Shown: positions 1-12,310, counted from the first letter of the stretch. The stretch is DNA of 64,000 nt from Felis catus (GCF_018350175.1 NC_058368.1:18788001-18852000), one strand, 5' to 3'. Notes: generated from the letters alone by a model not told the origin. Made by a program: numbers and translations.

Positions 1-760
1 AGACATTTTGCCAAAGAAAATATGCAAATGGCCCCTAAGCACTTGAAAAGATGTTCAACACTAGAGCAATGCAAATTAAAGCCAAAATGAGAAAACACCT
101 GACGCCCACTACAATGGCTATAATCAAAGAGTCAGATTGGAACAAGGCAAAGTAAATGTTGGCAAGTGTGTGGAGAAACTGGAACCCAGATACGTGGCTA
201 GTGGGAGTATGAAATGATACAATCGTTTTGAAAAACAGTTGGACAGCTTTCTTTTTTTTTTTTAACGTTTATTTTTGAAGGAGAGAGAGAGTACATGCGA
301 GCATGAGTGGGGGAGGGACAGAGAAAGAGGGAGACACAGAATCCGAAGCAGGCTGCAGGTTCTGAGCCATCAGCACAGAGCCTGATGCGGGGCTCAAACC
401 GATGAACTGTGAAATCATGACCTGGGCCAAAGTCGGATGCTTAACCGACTTTGTTTCACATTATGCTACGTGAAAGGAGCAAGATGCAGAAAACTACCTA
501 CTGATGACTCCATTCATATAAAATGTCCAGGTAAGGGCAATCTATAAATAAGCCAGAAAGCAAAATCATGTTTGTTTGGGTCTGGGGATTGAATGCAAAC
601 TAATAAAAGAATCTTCTGAAAGTGGTAAAAAATTTCAAAATTGTATCTTGGTGATGGTTGTGCAATTCTATATATTTACTAAACATCATGTAATTGTACA
701 TTTAACATGAATGGACTTATGATATGTAAATTATACCTCAGTAAAGCTGTTGAAAAAATA
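1..760 (+). mobile_element. Old L1 (L1MA/L1MB-like) ORF2 end and 3'UTR fragment, interrupted by a SINE
   Basis: Typical L1 3' phrases (caaatggcccctaagcacttgaaaagatgttcaaca; gtggagaaactggaaccc; gtaaattatacctcagtaaagctgtt). Confidence 0.8.
252..450 (-). mobile_element. Carnivore SINE (SINEC_Fc-like) lacking its 5' head
   Basis: T-rich tail, (GA)n, cagaatccgaagcaggct...tcatgacctg...cttaaccgact, then stops. Confidence 0.9.
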
Positions 761-875
761 CTTCCTAAAAATGGAATTTTAATAAAAGCAAATAAACCCA
801 AATTTGTATGCTTTAGTGGAGTACTCACACAAAGAGATTATTTCCAAATGACTTTAAAACTCAGTGATATTATTT

Positions 876-1092
876 GGGGCACGTGGGTGGCTCACTCAGT
901 TGAGCGTCCGACTTCGGCTCAGGTCATGATCTCACAGCTCATGGGTTTGAGCCCTGCGTGGAACTGTGTGTTGACAGCTCAGAGCCTGGAACCTGCTTCG
1001 GATTCTGTGTCTTCCTCTCTCTCTGCCCCTTCACCACTTGTGCTCTCTCTCTCTCTCTCAAATATAATAAATAAACATTTAAAAAATTAAAA
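876..1092 (+). mobile_element. Carnivore SINE
   Basis: ggggcacgtgggtggctca head, ctcaggtcatgatctc, (CT)n, A-rich tail. Confidence 0.92.
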
Positions 1093-1177
1093 TGTTAGTG
1101 ATAATTACTCTTTATTCCTTAGTAGCATGTCACTGAAAAGGAAAACAAACAAATAATTTTAAAAAGCTTAAATTCTT

Positions 1178-1297
1178 GGGGCACCTGGCTGGCTTATCAG
1201 AAGAGTATGAAACTCTTGATCTCATGGTCGTGAGTTCAAGCCCCATGGTGAGTGTAAAGATTACTTAAATAAGTAGGTAAGTTTAAAAAAAAAAAAA
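1178..1297 (+). mobile_element. Short tRNA-derived carnivore SINE
   Basis: SINE head and B-box-like gagttcaagccc, poly(A); TSD aaaagcttaaa at 1162-1172 and 1298-1308. Confidence 0.85.
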
Positions 1298-1389
1298 AAA
1301 AGCTTAAACTTTTTAGTAAGCATAGTGTTGGTATAGTTCTAAGACTGTAATTTGGGCTGATAAAGCAGATAAGTGATTATATTTGTGTA

Positions 1390-1722
1390 TAGTTGACCCT
1401 GTAACAATGCTGGGGATGGGGTTGGGGGTTCTGAGTGTATAAAGAATCAAAAATCCCCCCAAACTCTGACTCCCCCAAAATTTAACACTGATAGCCTACT
1501 GTTGACTGGAAGCATTACCGATAACATGAACATTATCACATATTTTGCATATTTATATATATTATCTGCTGTATTCCTATAATAAAGATCTACAGAAAAG
1601 AAAATGTTATTAAGAAAAGCATAAGAAAAGAAAATACATTTTCAATACCATACTATACCCAAAAAAAGCTACGTATAAATGTGCCTATGTAGCTCAAACC
1701 TGTGTTTTTTTGGGGCCAACTA
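1390..1722. mobile_element. Tigger2a/MER28-like TcMar non-autonomous DNA transposon
   Basis: Degenerate TIRs tagttgaccct...ggggccaacta flanked by TA on both sides; internal tagcctactgttgactggaagcattaccgataac matches the recalled Tigger2a consensus. Confidence 0.8.
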
Positions 1723-1724
1723 TA

Positions 1725-2575
1725 TTTTGAAAATGGGAATTTTCAGTGTGGAGGAAGGAGATACAAATGTGCAATCAATTATACTAAATTAAAAACGTTG
1801 TGGTCCCGAGTTTGAATTGGAATTAACAGTATGAATGAATGATCTCAAACATTTTTTTTCTAGCTTTGTCCATTAAAAATCCCAGTGAAAAATAACCTAT
1901 CCCGTAGTAACGAGCCTCCTAGAGCCCAGACTATGATCTCTGAATATAAAAACATTTTCTACTTTAAAGAATACATACTCTTTAAAGAAATGACTGATTC
2001 CAGATCTGTGGCACAAAATTTACCAGGTAAGCCCCCCAAATTTTTGTCATACCACAAAAAAAGAAGCTACCAAAAACTACTAGAGTTGTGTCCAAAAGGA
2101 TAAAAGTGACAAGTTGATTAAATTCCAACTGGCCAAATGGAATAACCAAATATCCCAGAAGACCATATCCACCATAAACTGAAACACTTCGAGTACTTCT
2201 GAATCTGACTTTATAATGACACTAAGAAGCAAAACAAAACCCAATGCTTGCTCTGGAGGATGCTGGTGAATCAACCCCTTACTTTGAAAAATGGTAAATA
2301 AGCATTTATGCTGCTTTCACATTCAAATTCAATCTTAGGATACCAAATGGTTTAAGAGGACAAGTTTCTCCTACAGAAGCATTCCAGGTAATAAAGAAAG
2401 AAGGAAAAGGAAATTAGAAAACCATCAGTTTGCAGTAATAATGAAATAATGGAATTAGGCGATAATTATCAAGGGTTGCTAAAGTCAAGAAAAAAGATAA
2501 TCACACACCATGGCATCCCATTGGAAGTACAGTACACCATCTATAATATAACTTAGCTAAAAAAGAATTGGAATC
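1725..2575 (+). mobile_element. Old L1 (L1MC-like) 3'UTR fragment
   Basis: agtaacgagcctcctagagcccagact...agaaatgactgattccagatctgtggca resembles L1MC 3'UTRs; probably continues at ~6376-7070. Confidence 0.55.
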
Positions 2576-2576
2576 T

Positions 2577-2767
2577 GGGGCACCTGGGTGGCTCAGTCCA
2601 TCGAGTGTCCAAATTTGGCTCAGGTCATGATCTCCAGGTTTGTGAGTTTGAGCCCCACATTGAGCTCTCTGCTGTCGGCAAGGACCCTGCTTCAGATCTC
2701 CTGTCCTACTCTCTCTGCCTCTCCTCCACTTGTACTGTCTCTCTCAAAAATAAATAAAAAGCATTAA
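2577..2767 (+). mobile_element. Carnivore SINE whose tail was the target of the L1 insertion
   Basis: ggggcacctgggtggctcag head, (CT)n, aaaataaataaaaagcattaa tail. Confidence 0.9.
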
Positions 2768-5700
2768 TATTTTCAGAATGCTATGAAACTCGAAATCAGC
2801 CACAAGACAAAAAATCAGAAAGGTAACAAATACTTGGGAGACTGAAGAACATCCTACTAAAGAATGAATGGGCTAACCAAGCAGTTAAAGAGGAAATTAA
2901 AAAGTATATGGAAGTTAATGAAAATGATAACACCACAACCCAAAACCTCTGGGACGTAGCAAAGGTGGTCATAAGAGGAAAGTATATGGCAATCCAGGCC
3001 TTCCTAAAGAAGGAAGAAAGATCTCAGATACACAACCTAACCTTACGCCTTAAGGAACTGGAAAAAGAACAGCAAATAAAACCCAAAACCAGCAGAAGAC
3101 AGGAAATAATAAAGATTAGAGCAGAAATTAATGCTATCGAAACCAAAAAAAAAACAGTAGAACAGATCAATGAAACCAGAAGCTGGTTCTTTGAAAGAAT
3201 TAACAAAATTGATAAACCACTAGCCAGTTTGATCAAAAAGAAAAAGGAAAGGACCCAAATACATAAAATCAAGAATGAAAGAGAAGAGATCACAACCAAC
3301 ACAGCAGAAATAAAAACAATAATAAGAGAATATTATGAACAATTATATGCCAATAAAATGGGCAATCTGGAAGAAGTGGACAAATTCCTACAAACATATA
3401 TACTACCAAAACTGAAACAGGAAGAAATAAAAAATTTGAACAGACCCATAACCAGTAAGGAAATCGAATTAGTAATCAAAAATCTGCCAAAAAACAAGAG
3501 TCCAGAGTGAGATGGCTTTCCAGGGGAATTCTACCAAACATTTAAGGAAGAGTTAACACCTATTCTCTTGAAGCTGTTCAAAAAATAGAAATGGAAGGAA
3601 AACTTCCAAACTCTATGAAACAAGCATGACCTTGATTCCAAAACCAGAGACCCCACTAAAAAGAAGAACTATAGACCAATTTCCCTGATGAACATGGATG
3701 CAAATATCCTCAAAAAGATAGCCAACCGGATCCAACAATACATTAAAAAAATTATTCACCACAACCAAGTGGGATTTATACCTGGGATGGAGGGCTGGTT
3801 CAGTATCTGCAAAACAATCAACATCAATAAAAGAAAGGAAAAGAACCACATGATCCTCTCAATACATGAGGAGAAAGCATTTGACAAAATACAGCACCCT
3901 TTTTTGATAAAACCCTCAAGAAAGTAGGGATAGAAGGAGCATACCTCGAGATCATAAAAGCCATATATGAACAACCCAACGCTAATATCATCCTCAATGG
4001 GGAAAAACTGAGAGCTTTCCCCCTAAGGTCAGGAACAAGACAGGGATGTCCACTCCCACCACTGTTATTCAACATAGTATTGGAAGTCTTAGCCTCAGCA
4101 ATCAGACAACACAAAGAAATAAAAGGCATCCAAATAGGCCAGGAGGAGGTCAAACTTTCACTCTTCGCAGATGACATAATACTCTATATGGAAAACACAA
4201 GAGATTCCACCAAAAAACTGCTACAATTGATTCATGAATTCAGCAAAGTTGCAGGCTATAAAATCAACGCACAGAAATCGGTTGCATTCCTGTACACCAA
4301 CAATGAAGCGACAGAAAGAGAAATCAAGGAATCGATCCCATTTACAGTTGCACAAAAACTCATAAAATACCTAAGAATAAATCTAACCAAAGAGGTGAAA
4401 AATCTATACACTGAAAACTATAGAAAGCTTATGAAAGAAATTGAAGAAGACACACAAAAAAAATGGAAAAAGATTCCATGCTCCTGGATAGGAAGAACAA
4501 ATATTGTTAAAATGTCAATACTAACCAAAGCAATCTACATATTCAATGCAATCCCTATCAAAGTAACACCAGCATTCTTCACAGAGCTAGAACAAACAAT
4601 CCTAAAATTTGTATGGAACCAGAAAAGACTCCGAATAGCCAAAGCAATCTTGAAAAAGAAAACCAAAACAGGAGGCCATCACAATCCCAGACTTCAAGCT
4701 ATACGACAAAGTTGTAATCATCAAGACAGTATGGTACTGGCACAAGAACAGACACTCAGATCAACGGAACAGAATAGAGAACCCAGAAATGGACCCACAA
4801 ATGTATGGCCAACTAATCTTTGACAAAGCAGGAAAGAATATCCAATGGAATAAAGACAGTCTCTTCAGCACGTAGTGTTGGGAAAACTGGACAGCGACAT
4901 GCAAAAGAATGAACCTGGACCACTTTGTTACACCATACACAAAAATAAACTCAAAGTGGATGAAAGACCTCAATGTAAGACAGGAAGCCACCAAAATCCT
5001 TCAGGAGAAAGCAGGCAAAAACCTCTTTGCTCTTGGCCGCAGCAACTTCTTACTCAACATGTCTCCGGAGGCAAGGGAAACAAGAGCAAAAATGAACGAC
5101 TGGAACCTCATCAAAATAAAAAGCTTTTGCACAGCAGAGAAAACAATCAGCAAAACTAAAAGGCAACCAACAGAATGGGAGAAGATATTTGCAAATGACA
5201 TAGCAGATAAAGGGTTAGGATCCAAAATCTACAAAGAACTTATCAAACTCAACAAATAATCCAGTGAAGAAATGGGCAAAAGACATGAATAGACCCTTCT
5301 CCAAAGAAGACGTCCAGATGGCCAACTGACACATGAAAAAATGCTCCACATCACTCATCATCAGGGAAATACACATCAAAACCACAAGGAGATACCACTT
5401 CACACCGGTCAGAATGGCTAACATTAATAACTCAGGCAACAATAGATGTTGGCGAGGATGCGGAGAAAGAGGATCTCTTTTGTATTGCTGATGGGAATGC
5501 AAGCTGGTGCAGCCACTCTGGAAAAAGGTATGGAGGTTCCTCAAAAAAACTAAAAATAGAACTACCCTATGACTCAGCAATTGCACTACTAGCCATTTAT
5601 CCAAGGGATACAGGTGTCCTGTTTCGAAGGGACATATGCACCCCCATGCTTATAGCAGCACTGTCAACAATAGCCAAAGTATGGAAAGAGCCCAAATGTC

Positions 5701-6130
5701 CATCAATGGATGAATGGATAAAGAAGATGTGGTATATATACAATGGAGTATTACTCGGCAATCAAAAAAGAATGAAATCTTGCCATTTGCAACTACGTGG
5801 ATGGAACTGGAAGGTATTATGCTAAGGGAAATTAGTCAGTCAGAGAAAGACAAAAATCATATGACTTCACTCATATGAGGACTTTAAGAGACAAAAGAGA
5901 TGAACATAAGGGAAGGTAAACCAAAAATAATATAAAAACAGGGAGGGGGACAAAATAGAAAAGACTCATAAATATGGAGAACAAACTGAGGGTTACTGGA
6001 GGGGTTGTGGGAGGGGGGATGGGCTAAATGGGTAAGGGGCACTAAGGAATCTACTCCTGAAATCATTGTTGCACTATATGCTAACTAATTTGGATGTAAA
6101 TTTTTAAAAATAATAAAATTAAGAAGATAA
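2768..6130 (+). mobile_element. 5'-truncated felid-type LINE-1 (~3.4 kb) with disabled ORF2, 3'UTR and A-rich tail
   Basis: ORF2 fragments at 2908-3510, 3688-3927, 4080-4823 (RT motif [15 protein letters not shown] at 4164-4175) and 4909-5259; Cys-rich [17 protein letters not shown] near 5447-5500; several stops and frameshifts; G-rich 3'UTR; 18-nt TSD ataaataaa(a/t)agcattaa at 2750-2767 and 6131-6148. Confidence 0.98.
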
Positions 6131-6159
6131 ATAAATAAATAGCATTAAATAAATGAATA

Positions 6160-6373
6160 GGGACACCTGGGTGGCTCAGTCGGTTAAGCATCCAACTTCG
6201 CTCAGGTCATGATCTCAATGGTTCCTGAGTTCGAGCCCCATGTCGGGCTCTGTGACAGCTCAGAGCCTGGAGCCTGCTTTGGATTCTGTGTCTCCCTCTC
6301 TCTGCCCCTCCCCCGCTCATGCTCTGTCTCTCTCTCTGTCAAAAATAAATAAACATTAAAAAAATTTTTTTTT
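6160..6373 (+). mobile_element. Carnivore SINE
   Basis: Full head, body, (CT)n and aaaataaataaacatt tail. Confidence 0.93.
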
Positions 6374-6450
6374 GAAACACATCAACCAATCACAACATAT
6401 GAGCCCTAATAAAATTCTGGTTCAAATAAACCATCAAAAATGTGTGTTTT

Positions 6451-6656
6451 GGGCGCCTGGGTGGCTCAGTCGGTTAAGCGGCCGACTTCGGCTCAGGTCA
6501 TGATCTCGCGGTCCGTGAGTTCGAGCCCCACGTCGGACTCTGTGCTGACAGCTCAGAGCCTGGAGCCTGTTTCAGATTCTGTGTCTCCCTCTCTCTGACC
6601 CTCCCCGTTCATGCTCTGTCTCTCTCTGTCTCAAAAATAAATAAAATGTTAAAAAA
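6451..6656 (+). mobile_element. Young SINEC_Fc-type SINE
   Basis: CpGs largely intact; perfect 15-nt TSD aaaaatgtgtgtttt at 6436-6450 and 6657-6671. Confidence 0.95.
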
Positions 6657-6671
6657 AAAAATGTGTGTTTT

Positions 6672-7070
6672 AAGACTGGACTGTGTGGATGTTTGCACAA
6701 CTGTCTAAATTTACTAACAATCAAATTGTATCTTTATAATAGGAGAAGTTTATAGTTTGTAAATCATACCCCAACAAAACTGAAAGAACAGTGTGTCAGA
6801 TGGTCAGAGAAATAAGAACACTAATGGATAATAAACAATCATTGTTGATTTTTTAAGGCATGATAATCAGATTGCAGGTTTTTTAAAAAAGAGTCCTTAT
6901 GTTTTAGAGATTAATACTGAAGTATTTACAGACAATTGGAAACATGTGCTTCAGAATACCCTGGTGTGGTGTGAATGAGGGCTGTAGGTGTCACGGCTAG
7001 GCCATATGCACATGGGGCCATTATACTAGCCTACATTTGTGCCTGGTAGAAATGTTCTATGATAAAAAGA
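6672..7070 (+). mobile_element. Old L1 3'-end fragments (L1MC/ME-like)
   Basis: gagtccttatgttttagagattaatactgaagtatttacag...gaaatgttctatgataaaaa. Confidence 0.6.
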
Positions 7071-7949
7071 GTGAGATATACACGGATGATTTGACAAACA
7101 AAACCAAACAGTGAGAAAGAGAGGATTTTAATGAATCCGTTCTGTATCCCTTAATTATTTCCTTCTTATCTCTCCACCTTTGATATTAATGCAAATGCCT
7201 TGTGGCAAGTGCTGGCATATGAATAATAATACTATAACTCGGGTCCCATATCTTCCAAGCTGTATAAAGTGTGGGGCTGTTGCCTCCCACCCCAGGGATG
7301 TCACAACAAAAATGGAAAGCAACCACCAATAGATGGGTTTGACCCCATGATGAGAGCTGAACTTCTGAGCAATGATGTGATCATATTTTAGTCGTGGGTT
7401 ACGCGCCTCCCAGTGCACAGATGTCCTATCGTTTACTATAGTCTAACTGGTGAAGTGAGATCCTCAGTCCCATTAAATGACTTCTTCTTAGAGTAAATAT
7501 TTTACCTTGTTTCGGGAAAGTCAGAGCATACACATCCGTGAATAACGTTACAGCAGGAAGATTCTGAGTAGAGGTGCGCTTTCCCTGCAAAATTTGGTCA
7601 ACTAGCCCCGCCAAGTCCAAAGCTCTCACCATACCTCTGCATAATGGCTGCTTATTGGTTTATGGTTAGTTCTGTTCCAACGCCCTTTTCCCCTTGAATC
7701 CTGGATTCTCTGTTCCAGAATCATCAGTCCAGGAAAAACATTAGGCGACGTCGTTCTATGTATAACACTGTTAGTATGTTAAGTCACCTGCACCGGCCAG
7801 GAGCTACGTGAACCACGGCCTGGGTTGGGTTACACCTGTCAGGTGCATAATGGGCTTTTCCATATCTGAATGTGAGCACTCAGTCACTTGCCCTTGACAG
7901 TAGGCTTAGGAAAACCTCTAACGTCTCCTCTGGATTCATCTGAGTTAGG

Positions 7950-8160
7950 CAACACGGTATGGTGGTTAAAGAACACGGCCTTCATAGTTAAACCGGCTCT
8001 GTTCAACAAGCTGGAGTCGATTCTTAACCTTTCCTAATCCTCAGACTCCTCGTCAGGGAAATAGAAACAAAAAACACCTTCCTCTCAGGATTGATGCAGG
8101 GGTTAAATGAGATAATGCAGGTAACGCTTTTAGCACTGTGCCTGGCACAGAAGACATTTT
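7950..8160 (+). mobile_element. MIR
   Basis: ggtggttaaagaacacgg...ttaaatgagataatgca...tagcactgtgcctggcacag. Confidence 0.8.
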
Positions 8161-8604
8161 AACCAAAACCAGTCACCATGATTGTTCCTGACACGGAGAC
8201 TTGCAGGGATTGAACTGGAGATAGGCCTTGCAGCCTGTCTCACTGGCAAAAAAAAAAAAAAAAGAAAAGAAAACTTGAAAATAAAGCACTTGGGCTGCTG
8301 GATGACCTGGCAGGGCACATGTCTGATGAACAGATTTTTCCAGGGATGATTCTGCAGTGGCAAAGCTGTTTAAAAGGGCTTCAAAAGCCAGCCGCGGTCT
8401 GTCGGAGCACATACCGCCCGCCCCTTCGGCCTTCAGAGTCCACAGTGCTAACCATCAGGCTTCAGAGCAGGCCTGGCGATGGAGAGGGTGCGCTGGCCGG
8501 GGAGTCACACGGCCCTCCTCTGCCTCCGTGGCCTCCTCCTCTGCAAAGGAGCACCCCCCTCAATGAGAAGGTGGCTGTCCTCCGTGCCCGGCACGGGGCA
8601 GGGA

Positions 8605-8760
8605 GCTTACAGGCACTGTGGTTTTTAAGCCTCGCGACAACCCCCAAAAGAAGGCATTCATTATTATCCTATTTCGTCAGGGAGGAAAGAAGGGCTCAGC
8701 TCGTCGAAGGCGCCGGCCCGAGGTTGCGTAAGTTCGGCGAAAGAGCCAGGAGTTGACACA
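8605..8760 (-). mobile_element. MIR, GC-shifted copy
   Basis: tttaagcctcgcgacaacccc...ttattatcctattt...gaggaaagaagggctcag...gcccgaggtt...agagccaggagttga follows the antisense MIR core. Confidence 0.65.
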
Positions 8761-10092
8761 ACACTGAGAACATCATCGAACCGTTCCTCTCTCCCGTCTC
8801 ACTCGGCGCCCCGCCCTGGACGCAGAGAGGCCCAGAGACTGCCTGCCTGTGGGTCACGATGTCTCAAGGGTCCACTAACCCCTCTGATCATGAATGCCTA
8901 TCACGGTTACACAGAGGAAGGGGTAGCAGGGCCTGGCTCACGCCCCCCCCACCCCACCCCTCTAGTTTTGCTACCAGCTCTCCACGCAGGACCTAGTTGC
9001 ACCGCGCACGAGGCGAGCAAGTGAAAACACCAGTCCCTCGTCCCCTGAAGATCCAGGGGAAATTCATTTGGCATCTCGGGATCAACTCCTGGGAGAAAAA
9101 ATACGGCAATACATTTCAAGTCCGTTTCTTCAGAAAATTAATTAATGGAAGGGCTGCTCTCTCTTAGCAGAGTTTCCAGAACCGCATATGCAGACCGGTG
9201 AGAGCGGTGTGTCATTGCTTGAATTCCTTAAAGCTGCCGTAGTCTCAAGACTCCGGGTCCAAAAGTCCTTCAGTACCTGATGTACATCACAGCCGCTACA
9301 CTTTATAGCTGCTGTCAGACTTTTCAAACATCAGCAGAGCCAAATATCCCCCCAGCTAGCACTGCCCTGCTCCCCGAAATCACGGGCTACGGTTTCCATC
9401 ACGCCTGGCCATAAAGTCCCATTTGGGCCTGTCATCCCAGGGAGCCATGTGACTGCAGGCACCTTCCCGGGCTGCCCTTGCCTCTTCCCTTGGGACAGAG
9501 CCTCTCGGCAGAAAGGCCACAGTCACTTGCTAACATGAGTCAGAAGTTCCCCAGATGTCCTGATGCCACTTGGGGGCCAGGGGAAAGAGGGACAGCAAAT
9601 AGGCCCAGCGGGGGCTGTCTAGCCATGACATAAGAACCCAGCACATTTCTGAGGAGGAGCATTCATGCCTTTACACACACCTGGGGGAAGCTCCAGAGCC
9701 AGCATTTCCACCGGGAGAGACAGGAGTTGGGCCAAGCACCACACAACCCTGCAGGGCACTCCAGACGTCCAGCGAGCCCACAGAAGCTTCCCTGGCACCC
9801 GGGGCCCAGTGATCCCGTCACGCCAATGAGCTGGATCCCAGAAGGCGGGAGAGTCTGACGAGGCGCTGGTTTTCATTCTGAGCAGGTGAGGTTTCACATC
9901 ACAGCAGGACTCTCCTTGCACTGCAGGGCGCACAGTCCACACGACAGCCCTGTGACCACAGTGTTCACAGAATGAACGCCCCTGCAGGATGGGAACCCTC
10001 CCCCGTGTCTCTGCACACGCTGGCCTCCCAGTCATCCGTTCCCTTACTGAGGCCTCGACCTCCACAGACGCCTTTAAAAGACACCAGGTGTT

Positions 10093-10290
10093 GGGGCGCC
10101 TGAGTGGCTCAGTCGGTTGAGCCCCGACTCTCGAGTTCAGCTCAGGTCATGACCTCGCGGTTCCAGATACCGAGCCCAGCACCGGAAGCCGCGCCAACAG
10201 CGCGGAGCCCCCTTGAGATTCTCTCCCCCTCTCTCTGCCTCTCTCTTGCTCTGGCTCTCTCTCAAATTGAATCACCTTCAGAAAACTAAA
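10093..10290 (+). mobile_element. Carnivore SINE, diverged but CpG-rich
   Basis: ggggcgcctgagtggctcagtcggttgag head, (CT)n tract, degraded tail. Confidence 0.88.
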
Positions 10291-10844
10291 ACGCGCCATT
10301 TGTTCTCACAGGCCTTGAGCCGCTCTCGAGGCAATGGGGATAGGTTCAGACGGTGTCCCGGATTCCGCCAGGGGTGAGCCGCCCCGGTGCACAGCCAAGC
10401 CGTGTTCTCGGTGACGTCAGTCTGGCTTCCAGCTCCCCACACTCCTGCCGCACTGAGGGGCCTGGCCACTGCCATCCTTCTTTGAGGCTGCTGAGGTCCA
10501 ACCCAACCTTCCGACGCTCACTCTTTTCCTGCCCCTTCGCGCCACTGTGCTTTGGTCCAGACCTTTAAAAGACCATCCACCTTAAAAGCCTCGCCCACCC
10601 TGTCCAAACCTGCATATCACAGTTCTCCCCCCAGGCTTTGCGGCCCGGCCGAACGCTCCCCTGCCTGAGAAGGCCCCCCTAATTCCCCGTCCTCACCCTC
10701 CAGTCCAGGGGCACACCTCACACCCCAGGGGTAGTTTATTCCATCCTGGCGCCCCAGGGGGGATACGCTAGGAACCAACTTTACTTCCAAACTCATGGCA
10801 TTTACTTTTGACCCTTAGCTATTACACGCATATACTTCCGAAAT

Positions 10845-12310
10845 CTTTCTTTTTTGAGATAATTGTAGACATACAGAAGAGCTGTGCTGGTAATACAAAG
10901 AGTTTTTGTACACACTTTATCCAACTTCCCCCAACGTTAACACCTTATGTAGCTACAGTACAATAATCAAAACCAGGAAGTTAACACTGGTACAGTCCTT
11001 TTACCTAACCCACAGGCTTTAATTTTGGTGGCTTTTTCCACCAATGTCCTTTTTCTCCATGACGAGACCCAGTTCAGGGTCCTCTACTGCATTTAGTCAT
11101 CAAAGTCTCCTTCCTGTCCTCCGATCTGTGATGTGAGTTGACGCTTTGGGAGCCGTACTGGTCAAGTATTTTATAAAATGTCTCTTAACCTGGGTCGGTC
11201 TGATGTCTTCTCGCCACAAGACTGAGGTCGCTCGTTCTCAGCAAGAACACCACAGACAGGATGTGCCCTTCTCAGGATATCATGTCAGCAAACGCTGATG
11301 TCCACGGGTCTTATTACTGTTGATGTTAACCTTGATCGCTTGGCTAAGGTGGCATCCACCAGGATTCTCCACTATAATCTCGTTATGTTCCCCCTCCATA
11401 GTTAGAAAATATTTGGGGGAGATACTTTGAGGCTCTGCAGACATTCTGTTTTTCCTTAAACTTGTGCCCTCTAATTTACCATTCATCAGTGGATCTTCCT
11501 GCAACAATTATCACTATGATGTTCTAATGGTGACCTTTACTTCCCTCATTTCTTCCATATTTATTCATTAGAACTTTTCTGTAAAGAAAACTTGTCTCTC
11601 CTCCTCACATATTCATTTATTTCAGTCATTTACACTTCTCAGAATATTTATTTTATTTAAAAATTCTAATATTAGGGTGCCTGGGTAGCTCAGTAGGTTA
11701 AGCATCTGACTCTTGACTTCAGCTCAGGTCATGATCTCACAGCTCATGAGTTCGAGCCACACATCGGGCTCTGTGTTGACGGCATGGAACCTGCTTGGAA
11801 TTCTCTCTCTCCCTCTCTCTCTGCCCCTCTCCTGCTTGCTCTCTCTCTCTCTCTCTCTCATGCACAAAGTAAATAAACATTTAAAAATAAATAAAATTTG
11901 GGGCACCTGGGTGGCTCAGTCCGTTGAGTGTCTGACTTCAGCTCAGGTCATGATCTCACAGCTCGTGAGTTTGAGCCCCACGTCGGGCTCTGTGCAGACA
12001 GCTCAAAGCCTGGAGCCTGCTTCGGATTCTGTGTCTCCCTCTCTCTCTGCCCCTCCCCTGCTCATGCTCTGTCTCTCTCTGTCTCTTGAAAAATAAATAA
12101 ACGCTAAAAAAAATTGTTTAAAAATAAATACAATTAATACTGAAATAATTATATTATGTATTACATCACAGAATATATAATTATAGTCTTCTGTCATTAT
12201 AAATCATGTATAATGTATTATACAGAAATTATATTAAACTATACAAATTATAGTAAATATAAATACTACCATTATTTTGTTGCTCAAATTGTTCTAGCTT
12301 TGGCTAGAAC
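10845..12310 (-). mobile_element. Old L1 (L1MC/MD-like) 3'UTR, interrupted by two SINEs and an AT-rich tract
   Basis: ttttgagataattgtaga...ccaacttcccccaacgttaacacctta...aatcaaaaccaggaagttaacactggtacag; resumes at ~12265 (tattttgttgctcaaattgttctagctttggc). Confidence 0.75.
11675..12131 (+). mobile_element. Two head-to-tail carnivore SINEs (11675-11897 and 11900-12131)
   Basis: Two complete head/(CT)n/A-tail units; the second starts in the tail of the first. Confidence 0.92.

Larger units (their letters stand above)
8300..10760. promoter_or_regulatory. GC/CpG-rich segment, candidate orphan promoter or enhancer
   Basis: Visibly more CpG than the flanks; GC box ccccgccc 8809-8816; full CRE TGACGTCA 10412-10419; ETS-like accggaag 10180-10187. 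Confidence 0.45.

Noticed and set aside
2908..5259. L1 ORF2 pieces as an active reverse transcriptase or host gene
   Set aside because: No 5'UTR or ORF1, nearly all of the endonuclease domain is missing, and there are multiple stops and frameshifts.
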